This document shows positions 12,379-24,162 of a stretch of DNA of 64,000 bases, piece by piece; position 1 is the stretch's first letter; each line of letters begins with the position of its first letter. The notes under the pieces are model-generated. The model ran no database searches, was not told the origin of the DNA, and was given only the letters and a program-made list of their open reading frames with translations. The translations under genes were made by a program, and so were the position numbers. Origin of the DNA: Ptychomitrium polyphyllum. Taxonomy: Eukaryota. The stretch covers positions 4,836,001-4,900,000 of the forward strand of contig OZ316775.1 of assembly GCA_973851085.1 (NCBI GenBank), written 5' to 3'.

Positions 12379-14148
12379 CTAATTACCGTTTCCATCAGCA
12401 TGGCAGTGGCCCATGGCACGCCTCTCCGCCTCCCTCTCCCTCTCCAACCTCTTCTCCTCCCTCGCCTTCAAAACATGATCTGGAAGATCCTCGTAATCGC
12501 GCTCAATTTGCACCCACTTACCCTGACCATTGCGAACAAGGCCCTTGTTCTCAGGCTGCCACCAGTAGGTCGGTATACCAGTTCTTTTTGGACAAATGAA
12601 GTCTGAAGCTTTGTTGATGAGCGCCAGGTCGCGATCCACAACAACTTTCCAAGGCCTTCCCGGGCCATGGTACCCTATGAGCAAATGCAGATACGCTTCC
12701 ATGTTGTGAGCATTCACAGGGTTACCCCGCCGACACAGGTCAGGCGACAGGTCGTGGTTTAACACAATTTCGGCTCCGACGTGGGAGTACGTCCATGGAA
12801 ACTTATCCAGAATGTTGTTGAAGATCGTGAATTCCTCGTTCAAGAGCGGGCTCGGCACTTTGGGAACCATATCATGCTCGTTTGTGATTCGCAGGATCTT
12901 CAACCCGAGCTCGTGCACCTTGTCTGCGAATGGGTTGTTGCCAACTCGCGGTCCAGCGAATGTGAATGCGGTGATAGGAATGGAGCCGCGTGCGGATGGT
13001 TCATTTGTTTTGCCGGGATCTGAAGTCGGTGTAGGTTCTGTCTTCTCTTGGAAATCTTTCAGCTCCACATCACAGCCGTGACAGTTGATGCCAGACATGG
13101 CAATGTCGTATCCGGATAGCACAGCCATAGCGCCGCCCAAGCTATGGCCAGTGATCGTGATACTGAGTTCATCATCGTCATATTTGTGGATCAGACGTTT
13201 GAGCTCCTTGAGAATCTGGATCCGCACGCTATCTCGGTTGTACCGCGTCTGGCTGTTCGCCGTGGTGTAGAGGTTCAGGAATCCTTCCTCTATCATAACC
13301 TTCATGTTCCACCTCACGGGTTCGCCCGCCCGCGGATCTAGACAACACGGCACAAGAGTTCTTGCGAGATTCGCAGCCCACTCAAGTTTGGTCGCAGTAC
13401 CGCGCCACGCCAATAGGATGTCCCTCCGTCCCAGTTGCCTGATCTTCTCCTCGTCCACACAGACCGCGATGTATCCGATCCAGTTTGAGCTTCGGCTCCA
13501 CGCATCCGGGGCGTCGTTGCGGAGGATGAAGCTGTCCACGCTCGTCGTGGCGAACAAGTAATCCGTAATCTCGTAGCCCGTGTTCGGCAGACCTACTTTC
13601 TCAAACATGGTGTCTTTGTTGAAGAGGGAGCTTCCCATGTACTTCGAGTGCGGCTGGTTGTCGAAAGCGTCGTAACACGACTGCGCGAACTCTCCGTAGC
13701 GGATGAGCTCCAACCGCAAGTCCATGTCAAGAGGTTCCAGCAGCCCTTTCCAGTTGTTCGCGCCCTGAATTTCTCTCCACCTCGACGCCAACGTCGGAGA
13801 GATGTTCATCTCCTGCTGGATAATGCCTGGGTTCTCGTTTGAGTAGTCATTTGAGAACTCGTTAGAGTAACCGTTTAGGAATTTGTTCGAGGTGTCGTTC
13901 GAGGGAGCGCCCCCTGGTTTTCTTGTTCGTTCTCCTAACCTTTGGCAAACTATCTTCCCTTCCGCAGCAATTCGTGCAGCTTTGGAGCCGATCGTGAAAG
14001 TTTGCCTGGCGAGCTCTTGCTTACCAAGTAGCTCGACACGGGAATTCATCGTCGCCCTTGGAGTAGGCGTCGCAACGTGGAGTACTCTCTGTATAGCCAT
14101 GGTAGAGGGATGCACGCATAGAACTCCGCTCGCCGGTACAGGCGCCAT
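12379..14148 (-). CDS. Phospholipase A1, DAD1-like class 3 lipase, intronless, with likely plastid transit peptide
   Basis: Long single ORF with WREIQG..W.GLLEPLD..LR.ELIRYGEFAQ, SNWIGYIAV, GRRDI..AWRGT, catalytic ITGHSLG, FAGPRVGN, DMVPKVP and HNMEAYLH. First ATG at 14148. Confidence 0.93.
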   Translation of the reverse strand: MAPVPASGVLCVHPSTMAIQRVLHVATPTPRATMNSRVELLGKQELARQTFTIGSKAARIAAEGKIVCQRLGERTRKPGGAPSNDTSNKFLNGYSNEFSNDYSNENPGIIQQEMNISPTLASRWREIQGANNWKGLLEPLDMDLRLELIRYGEFAQSCYDAFDNQPHSKYMGSSLFNKDTMFEKVGLPNTGYEITDYLFATTSVDSFILRNDAPDAWSRSSNWIGYIAVCVDEEKIRQLGRRDILLAWRGTATKLEWAANLARTLVPCCLDPRAGEPVRWNMKVMIEEGFLNLYTTANSQTRYNRDSVRIQILKELKRLIHKYDDDELSITITGHSLGGAMAVLSGYDIAMSGINCHGCDVELKDFQEKTEPTPTSDPGKTNEPSARGSIPITAFTFAGPRVGNNPFADKVHELGLKILRITNEHDMVPKVPSPLLNEEFTIFNNILDKFPWTYSHVGAEIVLNHDLSPDLCRRGNPVNAHNMEAYLHLLIGYHGPGRPWKVVVDRDLALINKASDFICPKRTGIPTYWWQPENKGLVRNGQGKWVQIERDYEDLPDHVLKAREEKRLEREREAERRAMGHCHADGNGN

Positions 14149-17008
14149 GGTGGTACTCAAAACACTAGTCTATATAAATCTACAGAAAGTAAAACTATCT
14201 GCAACGACAACAAGTTTCCACAAACACAACAGTTAGTACTATGCAACGCTCATTACAGTTCGCTGCTCATTCCAAATCTCTCAAATTTCTGTATCAACAC
14301 GTTGCTACGCACTCGCCTGTAACGAAGGAATATGTTCACATGTTTGATTTTGTGACAATGAACGGAGCAGAAATAAACCGACAGTGGCCGCTTTTATTTC
14401 CTACAACGTTAAACAGTCCAGTATTCGATTACGTATTTCGAGCTGGGTTCCTGCAGTTGAAGACTGACCTTGTTAATTTTTCTCTCGAAAATTGTACGAA
14501 TACTTAGGGTCTAAGCATATATACAAACAGTAATCGAAAACGTTCGAATTGCTACTGATCTAGAACCCGAAAACGTTCTCGAAAGCCCTTCTCCGTAACC
14601 AAGATCCACCCTCGTGCACTCAACTTGCAAAACTTTGATGTTTAGTTTCTAAGTTTTAGGTAAAGTTTGCTTGAAGAAGGAAAGTCTAGCATGCTCACAG
14701 CCTGACCGTTCTCACTGCAACTCGTATCTCTAGTTCTTCGCATACAATCTAGTCTACTTCTAATCTGACAGTATTTACCAAAACTCACGGAAACTTCACA
14801 GTTTATAACGAAGAGTAGTACCTATCTTAATCGTGTCGTAATTCTTGGCTCTCCATAGAATTGGAATACCCGTCGTGCAGGTGGTAGTCCGAAACCAACA
14901 CGTGTCTTGGTACTGGAAGGTGGTGAACTATACTCGCGCAGATAAGAGCTAAAATACAAACTGCAGTTCTTGTAGTCGACGAGCGCGATTCGAAAAGTAG
15001 TTGAGGAATGGAATGAAACAGATTGTGGATGGAAATCAACGTTGACACTGCGCAGTCGTTAGGAATCTCGGGTTCTCCCACGGAAGCATCGTGGGGGAGA
15101 AGATATTTGGCAACGCCAGCTCGCAGGAAAGGGTGGTGGTCATGGACCGAAGTGCCGGTTAGCGGGCTTGTCCGATCGACCTCCTGCGACACAGCCTGTC
15201 GCTTCCTCCTATGCTATAATCATGGAGGTCCCACCTCTGCCTAACCTCTCTAACACGTGACTTTCATGGGGATGAAACGCTAGGCTCTCTCCACCTTTTC
15301 TGAAGCACCCAGACTAGACGGGGTATGGACATCGAGTAAGTCAACATAATTAAGCGACGTGGGGTTCGTCTGGTCTAAGGACGGCACATCGTTACATCGG
15401 TTTAATACAGTACGACGTTTCAATGACCGCAAATGAGTAGACCTCCATCCTCACTTTATAACTTTTTTGATAGGCTTCAGATTAGAACCTAGACTCTTCG
15501 GCAGGCTATCCCATGCAATGTACGATACCATCTTGGCATCTCTTGATTTGGCAATCAGGCAAGAGTGCGGAGGTGATGATCTAGCAAAAGAGAGAGGTAA
15601 TCTTACAGGAGGGGTGTGGTTATCCAGCCTGTTCAAATGGATTAGCTTCATTATGTGCCATTATCGCGGTGCTCAGGTGATATCAGGAATCCTGGGCAAA
15701 TAGAACGCCATATTAGTTAAGTTGGCTAATTCCCATTAATTTCACAAAGGAAGTAGCCCCATTTCGAATTCCAAGTGCTTGGAAACACCGGGTGCGTACA
15801 GGTGGGCAGCAAAAAGTTTTCTCGTTATTCATGCACACGTTACTAGCTTCTACAATAGGCTTGCCGCTCAAATGTAACATGCTGAATTAGTGTAATCATG
15901 TATTTGTGTAAACAATTCATGAGCGCTATGTGTTGTGTTTTAGGTGCTTGTCCTTAGCAAAACTGTTACTGAAGCTCTTCCTGTTGCGCTTCTATCCAAA
16001 GTTGAAAGCCTTCGTTAGTTTTAGTGAGCAAGTAGTTGCAGTAGTCTGGTATAACATCCTGTGGTTTTTATTTAGTAAATTCAAACTGATGGATACTTAT
16101 TTCACGAACAACGAAAATTTGTGATGCCACAACGCGACTGAATTCTGAGATTAGCGACGTCTTCCAGATTAGCTTTCATGAGTTTGGGTGTAAGAAACCA
16201 CTCAAAAGAAAAACAAGAATCAAAATGCATTACAAATATGTATGCATCTTAGTTCAAGAATCATGTTCACTTTTAAGGTAGGTCAAAGTTGATTTCATTA
16301 TTCTGCTTTATGTTTGCACTTTATACAAAGGAAATGGCTTCCTCGACTCGTTTAAGTTTAGACAATCATGAAATCAATAGCGTTAGGAAATGAGGTTGAC
16401 TAGTCAAGAAACCAATATCCTGAAAATAGTACACGCCTTCGCCTCACAAGGACTGACTGAAGACCAGCATTTTTGGAATAGATAGCGTAGGAGCAGTAAA
16501 TTCGTTGACTTTATCATAGGACGAAGTTACGAAATCCTTGCATGGAAATGATGGTACACGATCTTAGTCAGCCTCTATAAGAAAGGTAGTATTACCACCA
16601 GAAACCCGTTACTTCAAATATAACAGAGGCACGATGTCAAACGAAGCCCGAACTCGTGATACATTACACTTTCTAAATACAACTCGTAATTCCGTGAAAT
16701 TTCTCGGTTCCTGTTACAGAACTATGAACTCAACTGCGTGTATTACAAATATTTAACACATTTAGCAACATCTATCTGTTTCGGCTCAATCATGCTAGGG
16801 TGAAGATTTTGGGATTAAAATCTGCACCTCTGTCGATTTCTGTTAAACTCACTTGAGTTTCCCATTCGAGCAAACGCCAATATCTACCTAGATGATTATC
16901 ACTGTGTGTACGTAAGTTTGTACATTGTCCAATAAAGTTATTTTAAGTCACCGTGTTTGTTGAAGTTGAATGCCAGATTAATAAGAAAGGATCAAAATAT
17001 AATACGGT

Positions 17009-20000
17009 TTACGTACCAATGTTCTGTACAGTCTGTCTCAGTCTTTTCAGTTCAAAATCCAATTTCTGCAGCTCCTCTTGCAAAATTTCCACCCGGCGTA
17101 ACTTTTCTTCAGCGGCATTAAGGTACGGGGCAGTCAGAGTTTCTACTTCAGCTTTTACTGCATCGATAGACTTCTGGAGATCGTCTGTCATAGCTTCCTC
17201 AACGTGCCTAGCGAAAGAGTCTGCGACACGCCTCACCTTTTTCTTCACTGCCTCTCTTTGTGATGGCAAATTCCAGACTCCAACCAGCCTGCCAAACCAG
17301 CTTTCAGAGTCAGTTGTACAACATCCAATTAACTTGCAAGCCATAATTACCAAGGATCGGCGGACATCAATTTCAGTAAGATTTACATGAATTCTGCGAT
17401 GCATTGAACTCGCGTGACCTAAGCCCTGAAGCCCTGAACCTTGAGCACTAAACAAATGATGAACACACGGATATAGTAAAAACCCAAGGTACTTCAAACA
17501 ACAAAGAAATCTTACCCTCCAGCTGAGCATATTCCAAGAGCAATAAGATCCTCCAGAGTATTGGGCAAGATGGTTGTCAAGACGGATGCTGATATTCCTG
17601 CCGCTCCAACTCCACTGAATACACTCACGATCTGCCACAATTCTCACACCTCCATTTGTTACTATCTGAAATAAACAAACATCAACACTTGGCTAACCAA
17701 CAGCTCTAAAATGGCCCTCTAGTCAATGCTAACTGTGGTGGTTTCCGATTCAAGAGCTGATATCAAATTTACGCTCAAAAGGTTTAGTTCGAGACAGTTC
17801 AGCAAAAGTGTGGACAAGAAAAGCTTACCACTTCCTTGAATTCTTGCTCCAAAAGTGTCAGGGCAGCATTGGTATCAAAGTCCTGTAGCACAGCCAAACT
17901 CCTATTGCTGTGCCGAACATGTTGTGCCTCCCTATTTCGAATTTCAACCACTGGTGGGCTCTCCGCACTCTCCTGAAAATCATCGTTTTCTTGCGGCCAC
18001 CTACTCATTACCAGTGAGCGATAACTACTGAGTTGGCGGATACTATTTGATTCTATCCATTCCCTGTGCTCCTCAAGTGCTCTCTGTTCAATGCCACCAC
18101 TGTTGACATGAGGCAAACGCAAACAAAAACTTCTATTCATGCACCAGGTCTACAGCCAGTCACATTATGAAGTTCAAAGTACCACATGGTCACCTAAATA
18201 CATGCAACGTTCATTCTAATAGTGTTATGGATAGTGATATGTCATAATCTTGTCAAAGTCTTGCGGTGGACATGAATATTACCTGAACATCTATAACAGC
18301 CGAGCCAATCACAATTCTATCAAAGCTACTTGATACAGGCGAGGACTGGCCACCGCCTGATCCAAGCAAATACTTCCCAATCGCTTCAACGTTGGATAAC
18401 CGCAGGATGGAATCAACGAACTTGCTAGCACGTCCTTTCGCTGCTTCAATCTGCACATCACAACAAAATCATTAAACATCCTAATTGCAAGAAAGAGTTG
18501 TCATCTGGCTCAGTTAACTGGGGTTCAGTGTTCAAATCTGGCGGATAAGCCCATCCCAGGATCCTAGTAAGACTTAAATCTTTAAGTTTGATGATGAGAA
18601 TACAGAGAAATCAAATAGAACTACATGAAAAGAGCATCAAGTGAATAAACGCTCATACAGAGTAAAAGGCTATGATGTTAACAAATTTACATATTTAGCT
18701 TTAGATTCAGTTTTGACGTGCAGACAAATAGTAGGACGACTAGATTAATCTAAATGCAGAAAGCATGAGATGAAAACGCATGAAAACCTGCTACTCAAAA
18801 TATAGGAATAATGAAACCAAAACTTGGGGAGCACTAACCACTGCCAAGGTACGCTGTCTCTGCAGAATTGCACCATTTATCATAGCCTCCTCGAATCGCT
18901 GCAGCTGCTTTTGCACATCTTCCAGAGCTTTTAAATCGCTCTCAGCTTTAAAAGCTTCTGCTGCCAGTTGTGAGTCACAAGCCGCCAAAAGTGCGACACC
19001 AACACCTAGTGGAGTCTCTAGCTTCAATCGCAATCTCTCTGCACCCCTGTCAGTGGAAGCTCCCATGAAGTCGAAAATAAACTCCTCCAGCTCCTTGAAC
19101 CCACTAGTAGTCCAAAGGGGATCTTTGGACAAGCGGTCTGTGTCTACTGTGCCATCTTCGGAGGAAGCTGAAAGCTTTGCTTGAAGAGCTTGGCGAGCTG
19201 AAACAGGATAGACTAGCGCTTGATCCACAGTAAGAAGCCGTTGTGCATTGTCTCTTACAAAATTACGAACCTCTTCTACCTATCCAGAGTTCCCTAATCG
19301 TCAGTTGGCCCTTGTACAAGCTAAATGAAATACTATATTCATGCTAAAAGTAAACAAAAACGATCATTCACGGATAGTGGCATACCTCACTGTAGGTAGA
19401 TAAGACGTCTGACTTGTTCAGGATGAAAACAACTTTCTTGCCCCATTGTCGTATGTAACGCAAAAATGTCACCTGTCCAATCATCAACTGAAATACTAAG
19501 AGTGCTATGGAGATATAAATCCATTACATCGACACGTTATATACATGCAACGAAAGATACAACAAACTAAAGACAGAGATAATTGAAGCGACGAATTTAG
19601 AGCTGTACCTCGCTCTCAGTCAGTGGTCTGTCGGCTGATAGAACAAAGAGAACTAAATCTGCCCTGGGAACAAACTCTTCTGTAAGGCGTTGCTGCCTCT
19701 GAAGGATGACGTTTGTGCCTGGAGTGTCCACCAGATTCATCTGCACTGTCCACCTCACTGTTTCAATTCATTGCATTTTCCCTAGACTAAATTTAATATT
19801 TCCACCTCTTTCGAACCAGTTTCTACCACTTGAGCAATTAACGTTATAGGAGATATTAAGACATGCAATTAGTAAGATACTGACCTGTCTGAGAAGTCCA
19901 GCTGGCAAGAATCGTAGGAAATGACCATCAGGGTGCCGTTCTTCCCGCTCTTCTGTGTCACCTCCATCATTAGCATGCCGCAGCAAGGTGATTTCATTTG

Positions 20001-22911
20001 TTGTGGGTAGCACCCCTTCCTTCAAGAATCTCTTTCCGAGGAGTGCATTTATAATGGATGATTTTCCTGAGTTGAACTCGCCCTGTTTAATACCAAGAAA
20101 AACAACCACACAATCTCCAGTTATAAACTCCAACGAACAACTACGAAGCTGGCTCCAGACAACTAATGAGCTTCAAATTTAGAGTAGGTTTTAATACATA
20201 AAAAGGATAAACACCACTCCAACAACAAAATGTCCAGTCAAGAGAAATAAGAATTCAATCAGCATCAAACACAAGGTGGTACCACTTACCACTACGACTG
20301 ATAAAAATAATTCGTCTAACTGCTTTAAGGTATCGACCAGCAGCGAAACTTCTTCCATCTGGAAATATGAAAAAAGGATTCAGAAAGGCCAACAAGCGCA
20401 CATGCCTGATGTGCACCTAATATTGCAACTAGTAATTGTGGCGACTGCAAGTATGATAATCAAGCTCGGTTGCATTATAAATGTTTGACGTTGCGTCAAA
20501 GTTCCGATAACTTAAGAACTGATTTTCATCAGTTGTTTGAGAGCTTATATCTCACCACAAACTTCGCAAACTTACATCAGGTGATGCCACCTTCACAAAC
20601 TCAACCATGGCTATGAGGAGTACACGCTCTTCATTGACAATCGTCTTAACTTGCTTCTTCACAGACAGTTCCTCCATGTCGACATTTAGTGCTGGAACAT
20701 CGTCAGGAAGTCCAAGAAAAGCCCCACCATCTTCCACGTCCACGCCTAAGTCGTCTCTAATTTGCACTTTCATATCCGGCAAATAACAGATTTCCATTTC
20801 TTTTCTTTTATCAATGACCAGATTAATCTCGGCGATCAAAGAGGCCACATAATTGGGCAAGTCACCTTTGCCAGCATTTCTAATATCAATCGTGTTCAGA
20901 ACCAAACCATTTGCTCCCTCCTGAAGGAAGTTCAAGCCGGCCGCTGCCGATGCAACTCCAGATCCTGAAATGTTTACAAACACGGGAATGCTAATTCGAT
21001 CACAAACTTCTTTAACGAATTCTCCAACATTATTTTCCTTGTCGTTGACTTCTAGTATAAGTAAGTCAGCGCCCTCACTAGCAGTTGCTGTTTGAGCAGA
21101 CTGGGCCGATGACACATAGCGAGCTACTAGAGGCAGCACAGATGTCTCCAATCCTGAATTCTGCATCATTCTCCTGGCTACCACAGCTGACAGACCTGCA
21201 TTCAAACATTGCCAACCAAATACGAAAAGTTGAAGAATTGTCTAGCTTTGAACAAATACAATGTTCCTACATCGTTCTATACAGCATAAACACTTCAGTA
21301 ACTTGGTATATTCCTTTTGCTTCAATTCGCAGATTCTTGCAGAGAAGCCCTAAAACAGAAAGTTGTAACCAAGAAGGCATCTGAAACTGTGATTTGAAAA
21401 CAAAAAATGAGCAAGATCCATGCGCATTTCACAGATGCAAAGAAAGAACTTATTGGAATAAGACCTTCATCTGATAGAAGCACTCCATCTGCTCCTGAAG
21501 CTGCAGCAATATCAACCCTCTCTGCTATCAAGAGCTCTGCTCTACCGCGCAGCATGGTCTTCAGCATGCAACCCGCATCGTAAAGCTTGGCACCTCCTAA
21601 TCTTCCATCGCCACCAGCTTCCAAAATAATCATCGTAACCCCTCCAGCCACTGCAGCACTAACTTCCTCCAACAGGACATTCTTCACTTCACTTCGCATC
21701 TCCCCTAACCTGACACGAAGAACTAAACCTGGAAGACGCACCTCCGCCCTTCTAAACCCACCAGGGAAAACCCCCTTTGCAGATTGTGGCACCTCTTCTT
21801 CACTTGACGGATCCGAATTTAAATCCATTTCAAAACCGTTCACCAAAGAACACCTTATCACTCCATCACACCTCTTGGATGTCAATCTGCACCGCCGAGG
21901 CTTAGGGAGAAGGGAGCGTATATGCGCACTACTAGTAAGACTGCCATATCCATTAATCCTAGCTCCCATAAATGTTCCAGTGGACTCCTTGATAGAATTG
22001 GACGAAGAATCTGCCTAAAAAAATTACCAACAGACCAGGTTTAGCACACGGAAAATCAATTCTATCATGTGATGACCGATTTGAAGGAAGGAATCAAACT
22101 TTTATTTATACCAGCCCTTTAATTCGGATCCCGTCATTTTTTAATGAAGCAGATGAGCATAACACGCCTTCATTACATCATCCAAGACCAAGTTCCAGTT
22201 TCAAAAGCTATGGTTACCAAGCTAAAATAGTCAAAGTTTTATACCTTAATGTAACAGTTCTTGCAACCACTGCAACCTATGGGTGCCACTAACTGCTGCA
22301 CTCTTGTGCTTGCTCTACTGCATTTCAAAGTAAAACGTAATCCCATAACTCCAGACCTCGCTCCTTTCGACCTCACGAGATTGCTCCGTAACCTGCAGTG
22401 ATAATGTGAAATGTGTCTCTGCGGTTCAGAAACCTGTAACCAACAGACACAAGTCATCAGAAGCTGCATATCCTGTTCTTTCTCCCCACTTTTGTAGAGA
22501 AAATCTGCACGGCGGAATCAGGTGGAGGCTGCTAAAAACTATTAGTCCGGATCCTGAGCAGCGTTTCGTTCCAATAACTCACTTAACAAAGAGCTTCTCT
22601 TTGTGCAGGAGAGAAATTGCAAGGGACATTTGCACGGCAAGGTTGAGGGCAGTCAGTCGTCCCAAAGCCTCACTACGTTCTTGGATCGCGGTTCTTACCA
22701 GATACGTAGACGAAAACTTGCACGACGCCAGCTCACGATCAAAACAACGTGCTTCAGCTGCACCAACGCTCCCTCGCGCTTTGTAAGCTTCCCTGGCCCC
22801 AACAAAGTCCGTCGCAGGTCCGGGATGAGGTGCGAGCATTGGCAAGACCGGAGGCTGAGTATGTGCACGATAAGGGGAAAACAACCCTGGTGTGCTCACA
22901 ACCCCAGCCAT
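17009..22911 (-). CDS. FZL: FZO-like dynamin-family GTPase (chloroplast FZL), multi-exon; start is either 22911 (two extra 5' exons) or 21969
   Basis: FPGGFRRAEVRLPGLVL, thiamine-phosphate-synthase-like segment (LLIAERVDIAAASGADGVLLSDEGL), P-loop GEFNSGKS, GVLPTTNEIT, DTPG, ERLRLKLETP, C-terminal hydrophobic segment and coiled coil. GT-AG introns. Confidence 0.92.
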
Positions 22912-23982
22912 GGCTGCAGCTACTCAGCTTCAAGCGGTCACAAGCGGCTAGCGAACGCAACTAGCCTTCCAGCACCAAAGAAATCTCATCTGAAAAACTA
23001 AGGAGCAACACCTGGAGAACGACCCCGACAAAAATTCGCAACATAACCCTCCTTAATCCACGAATTGAACCCAAATAGCAGACCCAACCATGCCACTAAC
23101 CCCACAATCACCAACCCACTCCCAAAGCCCAAACTTCGCAGCCACACTACTAATCCCTCTCAGAACCCAATCCAATACTCCTCACCAACTGCTCAAACTA
23201 CTCCGTTACAAACATAGTCAACCTCATCCTCAAAACGACAACCAATAATCCTCGGAAACCTCCAAACACTTCCAAGGCTCCGAGGCTACCATCCACCATC
23301 CTACAAAAGTCTTCACATGGGGTGCAATTCGTGGGCAGCAGAGCAGCAAAGTAGCAGGCCACTGGCCACAACAAGCATGAAAACTCAGGAATCAAGTGAC
23401 ATCTGGGATGCATATCCGGTGCACAGCAGATGCGCAATCCGGCGCCTTATCTTGTTCCATTTTCCTCACCCTAAAATATCCATGGACGCTCCTCATTGGT
23501 GGGTTGCTTTGATCCGGGCCCCATCGCAGTTGACTTCACATCCTCCTCATTCACCGTTTCTCGGAGAGAATAACTTAGCCCCCCTCGCCGTCTATCACCG
23601 TCCTCGTTGGATGAACAAATTGGATTCCAGAAGATCGCCTCTGGTTGATCATGGTCGGGGCATGGTGGCGACTGCCAGTTGCACTGCCACAGAACCTCGT
23701 GTTAGAGGAGATCATGAGTCCGAAACGGCCAACCTGGTGTGACAGTACCTGGAATCTTCTTCCTCGCTTGGGGGTCAAGTTGAGAAAAACGCAGCCTTTG
23801 TCATGGTTTTGCACATGAAGCTCAGGTTTTGAGAGATTCCACAGGGTTCTTGCGGGTGGGCACACGCGTGACGAGTCTAGCGGCACTTGTGATGACAAAG
23901 TATTCCTTCACAATGGCTTCTATTTAGTATTGAGGACCGGAGATGGTTCTTTCGTTGTTCTTCTCCTTTGCAGGGGTTTTGG

Positions 23983-23999
23983 AATTAGGGTTAGGGTTT
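23983..23999 (+). promoter_or_regulatory. Telo-box-like motif (attagggttagggtttc) in the 5' region of TIM44
   Basis: Reverse complement contains AAACCCTAA, the plant telo-box; it lies ~170 bp before the ATG. Confidence 0.4.
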
Positions 24000-24162
24000 C
24001 GTGTTTTTCATGTGACTGAACGGTGGTTTGGTGTTTTTCCTCTTTGTGCCGTGGTGTTGTAGGAAGTGGGGCGTTAGATTAGGAGTTTCTTGCAGAGGAC
24101 TGGGTTTGTGTTCTTGTGATAGCCAGGAAGTTTGAAGCTCCGTCGTCTTCTGAGCGCCTCAA

